Source of the DNA: Octopus sinensis | Taxonomy: Eukaryota | Length of the DNA stretch: 64,000 nucleotides | Assembly: GCF_006345805.1 (NCBI RefSeq) | Contig: NC_043009.1 | Location: 47,120,001 to 47,184,000, forward strand | Reading direction: 5' to 3' | Shown here: positions 25,801-37,200 of the stretch, piece by piece | Position numbering within the stretch: position 1 is the first letter of the stretch | Layout of the letters: each line of letters starts with the position of its first letter | Program-made: the position numbers and the translations under genes | The notes under the pieces: generated by a model | The model's input: the letters and a program-made list of their open reading frames with translations, nothing else | What the model was told of the DNA's origin: nothing | Database searches by the model: none

Positions 25801-25960
25801 CCACCATCACCACATCATCACCACCACCACCACCAACAGCGACAGATTCAATGTACATCGCAAGAACAATGGCGGTCATGTATCTCATTATAAATATAAA
25901 TATCACAACAACAACAACAACAGTCACAGCCACAACAACAACAACAATAACGATGACTGT
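25700..25960. repeat. (CCA/CAA/CAT)n trinucleotide repeats
   Basis: Directly visible. Confidence 0.92.
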
Positions 25961-26060
25961 AATAATTACAACAGTGAACAGTGTCACGTATTTTTATGTC
26001 TTGCTTATTCGACATTTTCCCTGTTTGTTTAAATACAAAACCCAGGAAAGTTCGTCTTGC

Positions 26061-26127
26061 TAATCCACGCAATAATCCTATCCTAATCCACAACGACCAT
26101 TATCATTGCGATAATCCTTCCTAATCC
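26061..26127. promoter_or_regulatory. Cluster of five TAATCC (K50 homeodomain-type) sites
   Basis: TAATCC at 26061, 26073, 26084, 26112 and 26122. Confidence 0.3.
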
Positions 26128-26710
26128 ACAGTGACCATTCTGTGAACAATTGTAAGTAAATCAGAATGTAGGAAATGGATTTGAACAGGAATAAGTTTCT
26201 TTACGATAAATAAATGGGGTTTTTTTATGTAGTGTTGTGGTGTTCATGACGTCCTCGTATATCTTTAAAAGCGAAAGTAAAAGACATTCTAAATGGAAAC
26301 TAAAATTGACTTCGGGGGCGGAGGATTGGCAGAGTGCTTAGAGCGTCGGAGAGATTGTTTCACAGTATTGACCCCAACCTTCTGAGTTCAAATTCTGTCG
26401 AGGTCAACTTTATTTTGGGGTCGATAAAAAAATATCAATCTATAGGGAAGGATTGGCGGAACTGTAGGAATGGTGAACCGAATGCCTTGCGGTATTTTCC
26501 GCAACTCTCACCATAACCTATACAGATAGTACACTTAACCCTCTCGGTTTAGCACCGCTACCTGACATTTTGGCTGCATTTAGGGGAGTCTACTCTATTG
26601 CAATATCATCTTTTTCTTCGTCTGAAACTCTGAGTAGCGACAGAGTTTGTCAATAGCTTCAAGCGAATACTCTGCTACATGTATATCATATGTATCTCAT
26701 CTATATTGCA

Positions 26711-27190
26711 TGTATTGAGTAGATTCTGTCCCACTCTCACTTTCAACCTTACGGTGTAACAATGGGTTCTCCATTCAGACCTACATTGTGGTATTGCATT
26801 TAGCAAACGTGGAAAGTAAATTTATTTACAAGCATAAATGCACTCTCCGCACCAAATGTGTTCATGACACATTCGTGATGACATGATAAGCTGATAGGCC
26901 TAACGATCTTGACAAACAACTATGTGGAAAAACATTATGTCCTTAAATCCACGATCGGAATTAATTTCGACGTCGAAAGATGAAGGTTACACAGCTGACA
27001 ACGTTACTTTGACAATTCTAGACATGTCGACACTGTTTACGAATGGCTTAGAATATTATTCCGTGCCTAGGTCTTGGTTTTTTAATTCTATCAATAGTAT
27101 AATTTACGAAAGGTCAAGCGGCTTAGATTGTCAGTATGTGCTTAAATACGGCGAGCTTTAGAGAGATGTATGTTAACCATAACTAGTACC
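26711..27190 (+). mobile_element. Highly decayed Penelope-like reverse transcriptase fossil
   Basis: Frameshifted peptides in the correct order: SHFQPYGVTMGSPFRPTL (GVAMGSPL-type motif B'), KCVHDTFV (YVDDTFV-like), TLTILDM (LPFLDV-like), YYSVPRSW..SINSIIYER..LDCQY..KYGEL (PLE thumb-like). Confidence 0.55.
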
Positions 27191-27322
27191 ACTTCTCTAG
27201 TAGAGTAAAAGGCACCAGCTCGAAAAATTTGTACTCACTGACTCCCTTAACAAAACTCAGTCATTCTTTCCTAAACAACATCTTCACATTTTATCTTGTA
27301 ACATACTGCAGATATTTTGTAC

Positions 27323-27736
27323 AGGCGCAGGAGTGGCTGTGTGGTAAGTAGCTTGCTTACCAACCACATGGTTCCGGGTTCAGTCCCACTGCGTGGCACC
27401 TTGGGCAAGTGTCTTCTGCTATAGCCTCGGGCCGACCAATGCCTTGTGAGTGGATTTGGTAGACGGAAACTGAAAGAAGCCTGTCGTATATATGTATATA
27501 TACATGTATTTGTGTGGAGTTTGTGTGTCTGTGCTTGACCCCTAGCATTACTTGACAACCGATGCTGGTGTGTTTACGTCCCCGTCACTTAGCGGTTCGG
27601 CAAAAGAGACCGATAGAATAAGTGCTGGATTTACAAAGAATAAGTTCCGGGGTCGATTTGCTCGACTAAAGGCGGTGCTCCAGCATGGCCGCAGTCAAAT
27701 GACTGAAACAAGTAAAAGAGTAAAAGAGTAAAGAGT
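27323..27736 (+). mobile_element. SINE family A, full length
   Basis: Head aggcgcaggagtggctgtgtggtaagtagcttgc through tail (gtaaaaga)n. Confidence 0.9.
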
Positions 27737-28459
27737 ATATATAACCTTTTTCAGATCTTGGAGCTATTTTTTGTAGCCAGTTTCATCTTCCTTTCTCTTT
27801 TCTTTCTCTCTTCACTTTCATTTGCCGGTTTCCACTCCTTGCGCTACTTTTAAGTAATTTCAAACCTTTTCAGAATTTTTCGGTCCTCTTCACTGTTTCT
27901 TCTTTAACGTCTTTTACTTGTTTCATTTAGTGGATTGTGGCCATACTGGGGCACCACATTGAATGGTTTGGCCGAACAAGTCGACCCCAGCACTTATTTT
28001 ATCGATTTCTTGAGCTGAACTGTTAAGTTACGGGGTGGTAATCAAGTGGTGGGAATGAAACAAAAACAAAAAACCACACTAACTCAATCACACACGCGTG
28101 CGCGCACACGCACACACACGTTCACACAATATAATATATAAGCGACGGGCTTCCACACAGTTTCCGTCTTCTATATTTACTCACAAGGCATATCTGGCGG
28201 TGTACCCCTTACCCTTTACATCCCATTAACTTCCTTTATGTCAGTACATTTAATCGATTCCCGGTCAAAGCTGTATATATCTCTGTCTGCTTCGTTTGTC
28301 TCCAAGCTTTCAATCTTTCATTTCTTAGAATTTGTTTCGCTCTATTTTGCCATTTTAAGTTCTTTTAATTTTCTTAGATATTATTTTTCGGTCCCTTTCT
28401 GTTGGAAATGCTAAACACACTAAAAACGTCTGCAAATGAACTTGTAGCAGCACAAGCAG

Positions 28460-28620
28460 ACACCGCCATATTGGATGAGATCTCGCGGCAGCTATTGCCA
28501 TCTCCGATACAGGAGCGAGACCTCACCTGCATCCATTTGCCATGCGCGAGATCACAATGAGGCTCGCGATGGCAATCTGTATATAAGGGCCAAACAGAAA
28601 CAGATTCATTCTCTCCGCTT
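28460..28620 (+). promoter_or_regulatory. Candidate Pol II core promoter in a CpG-rich unique island
   Basis: YY1-type CCGCCATATT (28463-72), three TCGCG motifs, TATATAAG (28580-87) and Inr-like TCATTC with A at 28608 (TATA at -28). Confidence 0.4.
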
Positions 28621-28954
28621 CTTCGCAGCAGCACTTGCTGAGCACACTTCGCTGGCTGGGCCTGCCTGCATGTTGTACCTGCAGAGGCAATGTGCCCGCT
28701 CTAACGGAATACAACACAACGCACACAGGCTTGAGATGGTTGCTGAGAGCAACACACTTCACCTATTCGGTTGTAAATTGCATTTGTCTGCCGGAGCCTG
28801 AACTACACGAATACTGAAAATGACAACTGAAAACGTTTCAGTGTTTACGTCCTCGCCTCTAGTTTCAGCGTTTTTAGTAATTCTCATTTTTGTTATTAAT
28901 CTTTTACTTCATCTCTTTCTTCAGCATTCTATGCAGTCGCTTTTTTTTCACATG

Positions 28955-29218
28955 TTTCAGCAATTGGATTGCGGCCATGCTGGGGCACTGACTTGAAGGG
29001 TATTAGTGGAACAAATCGACCCCAATACTTATTTTTATTCTATTTTTTTTTTTTTTTTGAAAGTCTGTTAATTTATACAATCAGTCTCTTCCGCCGAACG
29101 GCTAGATTATGGGGATCGTAAACAAACTAACACCGGTCGTCAAGTGATGATGGTGGAACAAGCACACACACACACGTACACACAGACAACACACACGTAC
29201 ACACACACACACACACAC

Positions 29219-29255
<37 letters not shown>

Positions 29256-29470
29256 TTATATATATATTATATATATATATTATATATAATATATATATAC
29301 ACCACAAAGCGGCAGACGTTCACACCGTTTCCGTCTACCAAATAACTCAGAAAGCATTGGTCAGCCAAGAGCTATAGGAAAAAAAATACTTACCCAATGT
29401 ACCGCGCAGGGGTACCGAACCCGAAACTTCTTAGTTGCAAAGCGGTTTTCTTAACCGCACAGCTATGCCT
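28955..29470 (-). mobile_element. SINE family A, diverged
   Basis: Reverse-complement tail, (CA)n/(TA)n middle and head. Confidence 0.7.
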
Positions 29471-30168
29471 GAATAATTTTACTCCCCCGCAGTTCTTATG
29501 AGCCCGCTCAGTTATTTTCAGTTATTTTTATTACAGAAGTAGTTCGGTTTATTTCAATCCGTTCCTCTGTCTTTCAGTTGTTTTTTTCCCTCCATTTTCT
29601 ATTTCGCCACATTGTTGTTAATTTATTTCTTCCAGTTTTAATCTTAGTCCTTTGTATTTCATTTCTATTCAAAATTCCTCATTTATTTTTAGTATTTAAA
29701 GTCCTTTACAGATAGTTTTAATTTTTGTTTAAACTGTTACAATATTTTAAATATTTTTCAATTGTGCTTAACATTGTTCATTCTTTTCTATTATTTCAAT
29801 GCCTTGCACTACTTTTCTGACCTTTCAGTGCATTAAACATTCACAGTCCCTTTTCAGTCCTATTCAGGGTGATGAGCTGTGTTTCATGCGGCCCATTTCT
29901 CAAATAATGTTGTTCATACCTGAAATAGACACATGATGAAATGCATTCAGATCGTAACAATCCCGTCTTTTTATGTTTCGAAGGTCACATCGTCTAATGT
30001 ATCCTTTTTTATTTCAATTTTTTTTTGAAGATGTTAAGATGGGATTTGAGGAAGAAATATCAATTATTTCTTGCAGGTCGAGTAACACGTAGAGATTTCT
30101 TCGTTGGTTCAAGATGTCTAAGTTGTGAACTAGTATGTTATATAGGCGGTACTATTTTGTTTAAGAAC

Positions 30169-30570
30169 GGCGGCGAGCTGGCAGAAACGTTAGCACGCCT
30201 GGCGAAATGCGTAGCCGTATTTCGTCTGCCGTTACGTTCTGAGTTCAAATTCCGCCGAGGTCGACTTTGCCTTTCATCCTTTCGGGGTCGATTAAATAAG
30301 TACCAGTTATGCACTGGAGTCGATATAATCGACTTAATCCGTTTGTCCTTGTTTGTCCTCTCTGTGTTTAGCCCCTTGTGGGTAGTAAAGAAATAGGTAT
30401 TTCGTCTGTCTTTACGTTTTTAGTTCAAATTCCGCTCGGGGGTCGACTTTGCGTTTCATCCTTTCAGGGTCAATAAAATAAGTTCCAGCCAAGTGTTGGG
30501 GGGCGATGTAATCGACTTAACCCCCTCTCCCCGAAATTACTGGCCTTGTACAAAATTTGAAGCCAATATT
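30169..30570 (+). mobile_element. SINE family B, partial tandem dimer
   Basis: Same junction at ~30387-30405. Confidence 0.85.
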
Positions 30571-31529
30571 TTGCGTAAGTTACTGCGAGATGACACTTGA
30601 TTTAGTGTAAGATGGCAATTTATTGCCCGGGAAATTGGTGTTGATACGTAATTATTATGATTCGTAATGTCATAGCTTATACTCCAGGAGTGTAGCCTAG
30701 TGGTTAGGGTGTTTGGCTCATGATTATATGGTCGAGGGTTTGGTTCCCAGATTGTGTGGTGTGTTGTGTCCTGTAGCAAGACCCATTATTTCACCTTGCT
30801 CTAGTCAACACATTTAAAAATGTATACCAGCGGACTACTGGTGCATCTTTCCCCCTCTCTCACTCCCTCTGTATCTCCCCCCCCTCTCTCTCTCTCTCCT
30901 CTCTTCCCAACTGTCACGTCTTCGATGTTTCCACGTTTTTGATGTTTCGCTGGAGCAGAGATTGATGGCGATGTTCTGTCTGTTCGACACCTAAAACAAT
31001 TAGAGGAAGCAGGATAGAAGCTACCAGGTCATAATCGCTTGCGAGTAGCGGCTAAGTTTATTGCATTCGTACTACAGTTTTCTGAAAGACAACTGTCCTA
31101 ACGGCCATGAGACGTAGTATTATACAATTCTGAATGTTTACATTCAATTAACACATGCACACGCACGCACATTCTTACACAAACACACATATGCATATAT
31201 ATTCCATACACAATCAAACTGACTCCAAGAGACTTGTGTTGGTCTGCGTTGGCACGGCTTATTTTATATTGTGTACATAAACACACCTACATAGTTTTTT
31301 TTATTTAATGTCATTTCAATACAACACACACACACACACATCTATATATATGTATATATGCTGCATCATCGCAGCGACCCACAATGATGAGGTCTTGAAA
31401 TAACTTCGCGATTATTATATTTCCAAATAAAAGGCCAAAAACTTACAAAAGTTTCCAGCACGTGAATTAATTATATTGTATTGTTTCAAATGTTCTTTTA
31501 AAAATCATTTATGCATTTTAAAATATTAT

Positions 31530-31538
31530 ATAGTTTTA

Positions 31539-31580
<42 letters not shown>

Positions 31581-31818
31581 GCACACACTCACACACACAC
31601 TCTCACACACACACACACACGCACACATACACAAACGCAGACACACACGCACACAAACACAAATACATATACACACACATGACCAGCTCTTGTTTGGTAG
31701 AGATGGTGTATCTCAAATATAATGAATAGCATTACATATACGTATGTGATGGTATGTTATAACATCAATCATTATGCGTGCTATTATAGCACAGCTATCT
31801 ATCTATCTATCTATCTAC

Positions 31819-31868
<50 letters not shown>

Positions 31869-31870
31869 CT
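31530..31870. repeat. (CA)n and (CTAT)n microsatellites next to the assembly gap
   Basis: Directly visible. Confidence 0.93.
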
Positions 31871-31916
31871 GTGTGTGTATGTATATGTGCATGTGTGTGT
31901 GTACATAAGTAAAATG

Positions 31917-32016
31917 NNNNNNNNNNNNNNNNNNNNNNNNNNNNNNNNNNNNNNNNNNNNNNNNNNNNNNNNNNNNNNNNNNNNNNNNNNNNNNNNNNNN
32001 NNNNNNNNNNNNNNNN
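31917..32016. other. Assembly gap (exactly 100 N, unknown-size gap convention)
   Basis: Run of 100 n flanked by simple repeats. Confidence 0.98.
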
Positions 32017-32175
32017 ATGCATGTTTAATACCAAATCAGCTTTTACTATATATCATTAATATTTATGAGTGATAGTTGAACGAAGGAATAAACAAGCAAT
32101 GTGCAGACTACTTCAATCATATGGCTTTGATTTAAAAAATTTCATGTTCTAACTACTAGAACCTGATATATATAT

Positions 32176-32217
<42 letters not shown>

Positions 32218-32425
32218 CCGTTAGCTCCTACACGCATTTTTCTCTCCTTTTTTTCTCTCCTTGTTTCTCTCCTTTCTTTTCTGGTATCTTCTTCGTCGAA
32301 GAGCGTAGGCTCTAAACGTAAAAGACATGTTCTATTTCTATTCCTGAGCGCCATACTAATACATTTGTTGTTTGTACTCCACCTGCCTTCGTCTTTTGTT
32401 CATTTTCGTAAACCTTCCCGTTATA
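32218..32425 (+). mobile_element. Second copy of the ~200-bp hammerhead-bearing repeat, ribozyme core decayed
   Basis: Homologous to 11248-11445, but GAAA is changed to TAAA and the CUGA part is altered (32287-32326). Confidence 0.7.
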
Positions 32426-32489
32426 TATATCTGTGTGTGTGTGTGTGTTGACCCTGATATATATATATATGTGTGTGTGTGTGTTGACC

Positions 32490-32524
<35 letters not shown>

Positions 32525-32526
<2 letters not shown>

Positions 32527-32785
32527 TGCCTATATGTCTGTGCACACCTTTGAATACAGTGTATGCCAGAAGGTTTGCAAATCCAACGGAGGCCTCAAAA
32601 GGCATTTTAAGATCCACAAAGATCAGAACTTATCCGCAGCTCTTGGTGGTCCAAATTGGATGTGCAATCTATGTGGGTGTCTTTTCAGAACATTGGTTTA
32701 AAAAGCCACATCAGATGCCATGATGGTGTTAAGGTGTAGGTACAGGAGGTGGTCAAACTCTGCATAAGGAGTAGACAATCACCAT
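32525..32785 (+). mobile_element. 3' end of an RTE-type LINE encoding two decayed C2H2 zinc fingers
   Basis: YSVCQKVCKSNGGLKRHFKIH and CNLCGCLFRT/(frameshift)LKSHIRCH. There is no TGEKP linker; the GLKxHxRxH style matches RTE ORF C-termini. A stop and short 3' tail follow. Confidence 0.6.
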
Positions 32786-33076
32786 CGACTGATAGTTCTA
32801 ATCAGTTTAATTTATTTTTTTTTAAAATTTTCTAATAATATAAACTTTACTCTTTAACTTAACTCTTTAACGTGCACATACACATAGAAAGATATTCTTA
32901 CATATACAGGGAGTTATATGCACGTCTACACATGTACTAATATTCTTCTACATACACAGAAACACATACACACACACACACATATATTAATTGTTTATGT
33001 TGTCTATTGTTCCATTGCTTCAGGGTAATCGTGAGGTAAATAGAAATACAATCCTCCCCCTCCTCTGTATATTTGA

Positions 33077-33108
<32 letters not shown>

Positions 33109-33172
33109 ATCTATCTAATATATATAATATATATATATTAATATATATAGATATAATATATATATATATTAT

Positions 33173-33583
33173 AGGCGTAGGAGTGGCTGTGTGGTAAGTT
33201 GCTTGCTTACGAACCACATGGTTCCTGTTTCAGTCTCACTGCGTGGCACCTTGGGCAAGTGTCTTCTACTATAGCCTCGGGCCGACCAAAGCTTTGTGAG
33301 TGGAATTGGTAGACGGAAACTGAAAGAAGCCAGTTGTGTATATGTATATATATGCATGTGTATGTGTGTGTATGTTTGTGTGTCTGTGTTTGTCCCCCCA
33401 ACATCGCTTGACAACCGATGCTGGTGTGTTTACGTCTCTGTAACTTAGCGGTTCGACAAAGGGGATCGATAGAATAAGTACTAGGCTTACAAAGAATAAG
33501 TCCTGTGGTCGATTTGCTCGACTAAAGGCGGTACTCCAGCATGGCCACAATGAAATGAGTGAAACAAGTAAAAGAGCAAGGAG
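33173..33583 (+). mobile_element. SINE family A, full length
   Basis: Same head, body and tail as 27323-27736. Confidence 0.9.
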
Positions 33584-33599
33584 TATATATATATATTCA

Positions 33600-33807
33600 G
33601 CGAGCTGGCAGAAATGTTAGCACGCCGGACGAAATGCTTAGCGGTATTTCGTCTGCCGCTACGTTCTGAGTTCAAATTCCGCCGAGGTCGACTTTGCCTT
33701 TCATACTTTCGGGGTCGATAAATTAAGTACCAGTTACGAACTGGGGTCGATACAATCGACTTAATCCGTTTGTCCTCTCTGTGTTTATCCCCTTGTGGGT
33801 AGTAAAG

Positions 33808-33811
<4 letters not shown>
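33600..33811 (+). mobile_element. SINE family B monomer running into (TA)n
   Basis: gcgagctggcagaaatgttagcacg...ggtagtaaagaaatata. Confidence 0.85.
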
Positions 33812-33849
<38 letters not shown>

Positions 33850-33876
33850 AACCCAAACCCTAATTGCTTAGTATTA

Positions 33877-33918
<42 letters not shown>

Positions 33919-34092
33919 TCAAAGAATCTGCATTGATGAAACGTTATCAGTTGGCGAAATAATGTTACGTGTAATATTTCTACATTAGACGATGAGGATT
34001 CAGTTGTTCGCTCAATTGAATTACCTTCTCTTGGCTGAGTATTCTACAGGCACGTGTACCTTTAATGTAATTTTGAGGCAGAACCTCTTTAT

Positions 34093-34324
34093 TATTTCTT
34101 TATTGCCCACAAGAAGCTAAACATAGAGGGGACAAACAAGGACAGACAAAGGGATTAAGTCGATTACATCGACCCCAGTGCGTAACTGGTACTTAATTTA
34201 TCGATCCCGAAAGGATGAAAGGCAAAGTCGACCTCGGCGGAATTTGATCTCAGAACGTAGCGGTAGACGAAATACCGCTAAAAATTTCGCCCGGCGTGCT
34301 TAACGTTTCTGCCAACTTGCCGTT
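34093..34324 (-). mobile_element. SINE family B monomer
   Basis: Reverse-complement full copy. Confidence 0.85.
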
Positions 34325-34441
34325 TTTTTTTTTTTTGTTTTGTTTTTTTTTTTTTTTGATTTACAATTCTGTGTCCTTAAAGTATGAAATTATGTGTAGG
34401 TCAATCAAAGGATACAGAAAATGACAACCGCCTCAAATACC

Positions 34442-34505
<64 letters not shown>

Positions 34506-35269
34506 TGAGAGAGAGAGAGGGAGAGAGAATCCTGGGACTTCGTGTTTGTGAAACCAACTACTCAACTATTTGGCTATACTGCATCTACGGTGCAGCCATA
34601 AAAAAATATGAAAACATGTAAAAAGGTGTGGCTCGAACCTACATCACTTCGTTGACGATTTGTATAATTACCCGCAATAAAATTAAATTGCCTTTGTATT
34701 GCTATAATAACAAAATGGTGCTCTCCACCCTGTTGAGTCATCATAACACATAACATACTATTATGCAGCCATATATTGCACGCTGTCGCGGGTGACTCAT
34801 GAAATTGAATAAACTACAGTACTATATCTATCTATACCGTCATTAACAGAGTTTTAGCTCAATTGTGATGGATATTTCTCCCAATTGTAACACACCCTAA
34901 TAACGGTTTATTATTATTCTTATTTTTAATTTATTCTATTTTGCAATTTATGAACAATAGCGCCTTTGGTTATAAATTTCCCATAGATCATTCTTCCTTT
35001 CACTATAGCTACGGCAGCAAGAATGACAAAGGTGCACTTGTAAATCGGTGGAGGACAGACTTTGTTCGAAGCGCACTGGTTTTTCGCCTTAGTCACCGAC
35101 AGGCAATAAAAATTGTATCATGCCACGATGGTCATGTCGTTAAAGATAACTGCTGCAGATCTAGACGGAAGATCTGTAACTTTGAGGGAAGTGTGTTTGC
35201 CTACTATATCAATGTTCGTACTTTGTCTTATCGAGCCTCCAGAGCGTTGAAGGGTATAGTTGACCACAG

Positions 35270-37200
35270 TGGGATTTGAACTCAGAACATAAAGAAAAAA
35301 AATGAAAGAATTACAGGAAAGCATCTTTCCGGACACTCCAAAGATTCTACCAGCTTGCTGCCCTGATTATGATAATAATCTTTTCTAATCTTAGCGCAAG
35401 GCCAGTAATTTTAGGAGAAGGGTTAAGTTCATAACCTCGACCTCAAAGCTCAACTAATACTTACTTGATCGACCCCGAAAGGACAAAAGGCAAGGTCACC
35501 TTCTGCGAAATTTGAACTAAAAAAACTTAAAGAACCGGAAACAAAATTGCTGCTAAGCATTTATTCGACTCTCTAACGATTTCGCCAGTTTGCCGCTCTT
35601 AACAATATTGATTTTTAGGTTTTGAGAAGAGAGGATAAGTTGGTACTATCGACACCAGTATTTATCTGTTACTTTATTTTAAAGCTCAGGGGAGATTAAA
35701 ATGGCTAAGTTGACCTCGGTGGGATTTGAACTCAGGACGTAAAAAGCCAGAAGGAATACTGCCATGTATTTATTCCAAAGCTTTAGCGATTGCGACAGCA
35801 CTCCATCTTCCATATGGTAACAAATAACGGCAAGAATGTTTGCAGTCGCCACTTCTGTTCCACCTTTAAGTTATAGCTTCCTTTGTGAAACTGGACAATG
35901 CGGTGACTATATCACCCTACTTCCTATCCGGAGAAAACTATATTCAAGTACTAAAACACGATCGTCGGTCAAGCGACAGACGACACTAGCTGTAACGAGA
36001 GAGAACAAATGTCGCTAAGCATCTCTCTCCGTCGCGCTAACGGTTCTCCCAGCTCGCCACCTTAATGATAATTTCTAATTTAGGAGCAAAGGGGCAGAGA
36101 TTAGTGGATACTATCGGCCGTAGGTTAATAAAATAAACTTGACTAATACTTTATTTTATCAACCTCGGAGGAACAAAATGCAGAATTCACGGCGCGTTTT
36201 GAACACAGAACATAATGAGTTCATAACAAATACTGCAAAGTAATACATGTTTATGTTGTTTTCTGCTGCTGTAACGAATCTGCCAGCTTGCTTATCCAAA
36301 GGATTACTAGGATAATAATGACGACTATCGCGCATTAATTTTATAGCGAAACAAAACAGAATGCCACCAGAGAATTCCTGACTGAAAGCAATGAATACAT
36401 TTTGCTTTATTGTTCTTTTCCAATAATAATAACAAATTCTTTGCGTTCTTTGTTTCTTTTTGTCATTGTTTCTGTCTTTCTTTTCTTTCTAGACTTATAT
36501 ATCAATATAATATATTTGTTATGTTTCTGTTGTTATTGGAGCAAATACGTTTAATGGAATCATAAATTTAGATGAATTAGCGGTATGTGCCAACCTTGTG
36601 ATAGTGTAATGTATTGTTTCGTCGTGTGTTCTGCAGTAATGAACTGTGTGCTATAGCATATAAATTAATTATAAAGTATTCTGATTTACGGTTTAGTACT
36701 ATGATGTACTGGAATAATACTGCACTTTAGTGTCATATAGTGTAAACCTATTATAGTTCAGAGCCAGTTATGTTACTTAATGGAGTATTGTGTAGTGTAA
36801 TTTGTTCTTATTTTGGTACGAATCGAGCAATTTTTTGAGGTGATGGGTAAGTCGATTACATCGAGCCCAATGTTCAGCTGGTACTTATTTTATCGAACCG
36901 GAATGGTTGAAACGCTAAGTCGACCTTAGTGGCATTTGAACTCAGAGCGTAAAGTGCCTGAAGAAATGCTACTAGTAATTTCGTCCAGCGCATTAACGAA
37001 TCTGCCCGCCCACGGACTTCGAAGTATGATTATTTCTACTATAGGGACAAAACTTGAAATTTTGGTGGAGGGGTCAGTCGATTACATCGTACCCCAATGC
37101 TCAACGGGTACTTATTTTATTGGCCCTGAAAGAATGAAAGTTAAAGTCGACATCGACGGCATTTGAACTCAAAGCCGGCAGAAATGCTGTTAATCGTTTT
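35270..37200 (-). mobile_element. Cluster of diverged family B-related SINE fragments, mostly minus strand
   Basis: Repeated gaatttgaactcag/atttgaactc B-box signatures at ~35275, 35510, 35725, 36200, 36935 and 37165. Other B-type copies lie at ~5891-6091, 9285-9435, 13025-13130, 15908-16105, 16850-17262, 26313-26440, 38140-38365, 49990-50080, 54430-54580. Confidence 0.65.

Noticed and set aside
25669-25893. Polyproline ORF resembling a formin FH1 domain
   Set aside because: It is a (CCA/CAA/CAT)n repeat, closed by a stop, and lies upstream of the INF2 N-terminal exon, whereas FH1 must lie downstream.
34734-34799. Two AP-1 consensus sites (TGAGTCA, TGACTCA) 60 bp apart
   Set aside because: 7-mers occur by chance at this scale; no other support.
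34941-35279. 112-aa non-repetitive ORF
   Set aside because: No recognisable domain or splice context, and the 3' end runs into a SINE fragment.
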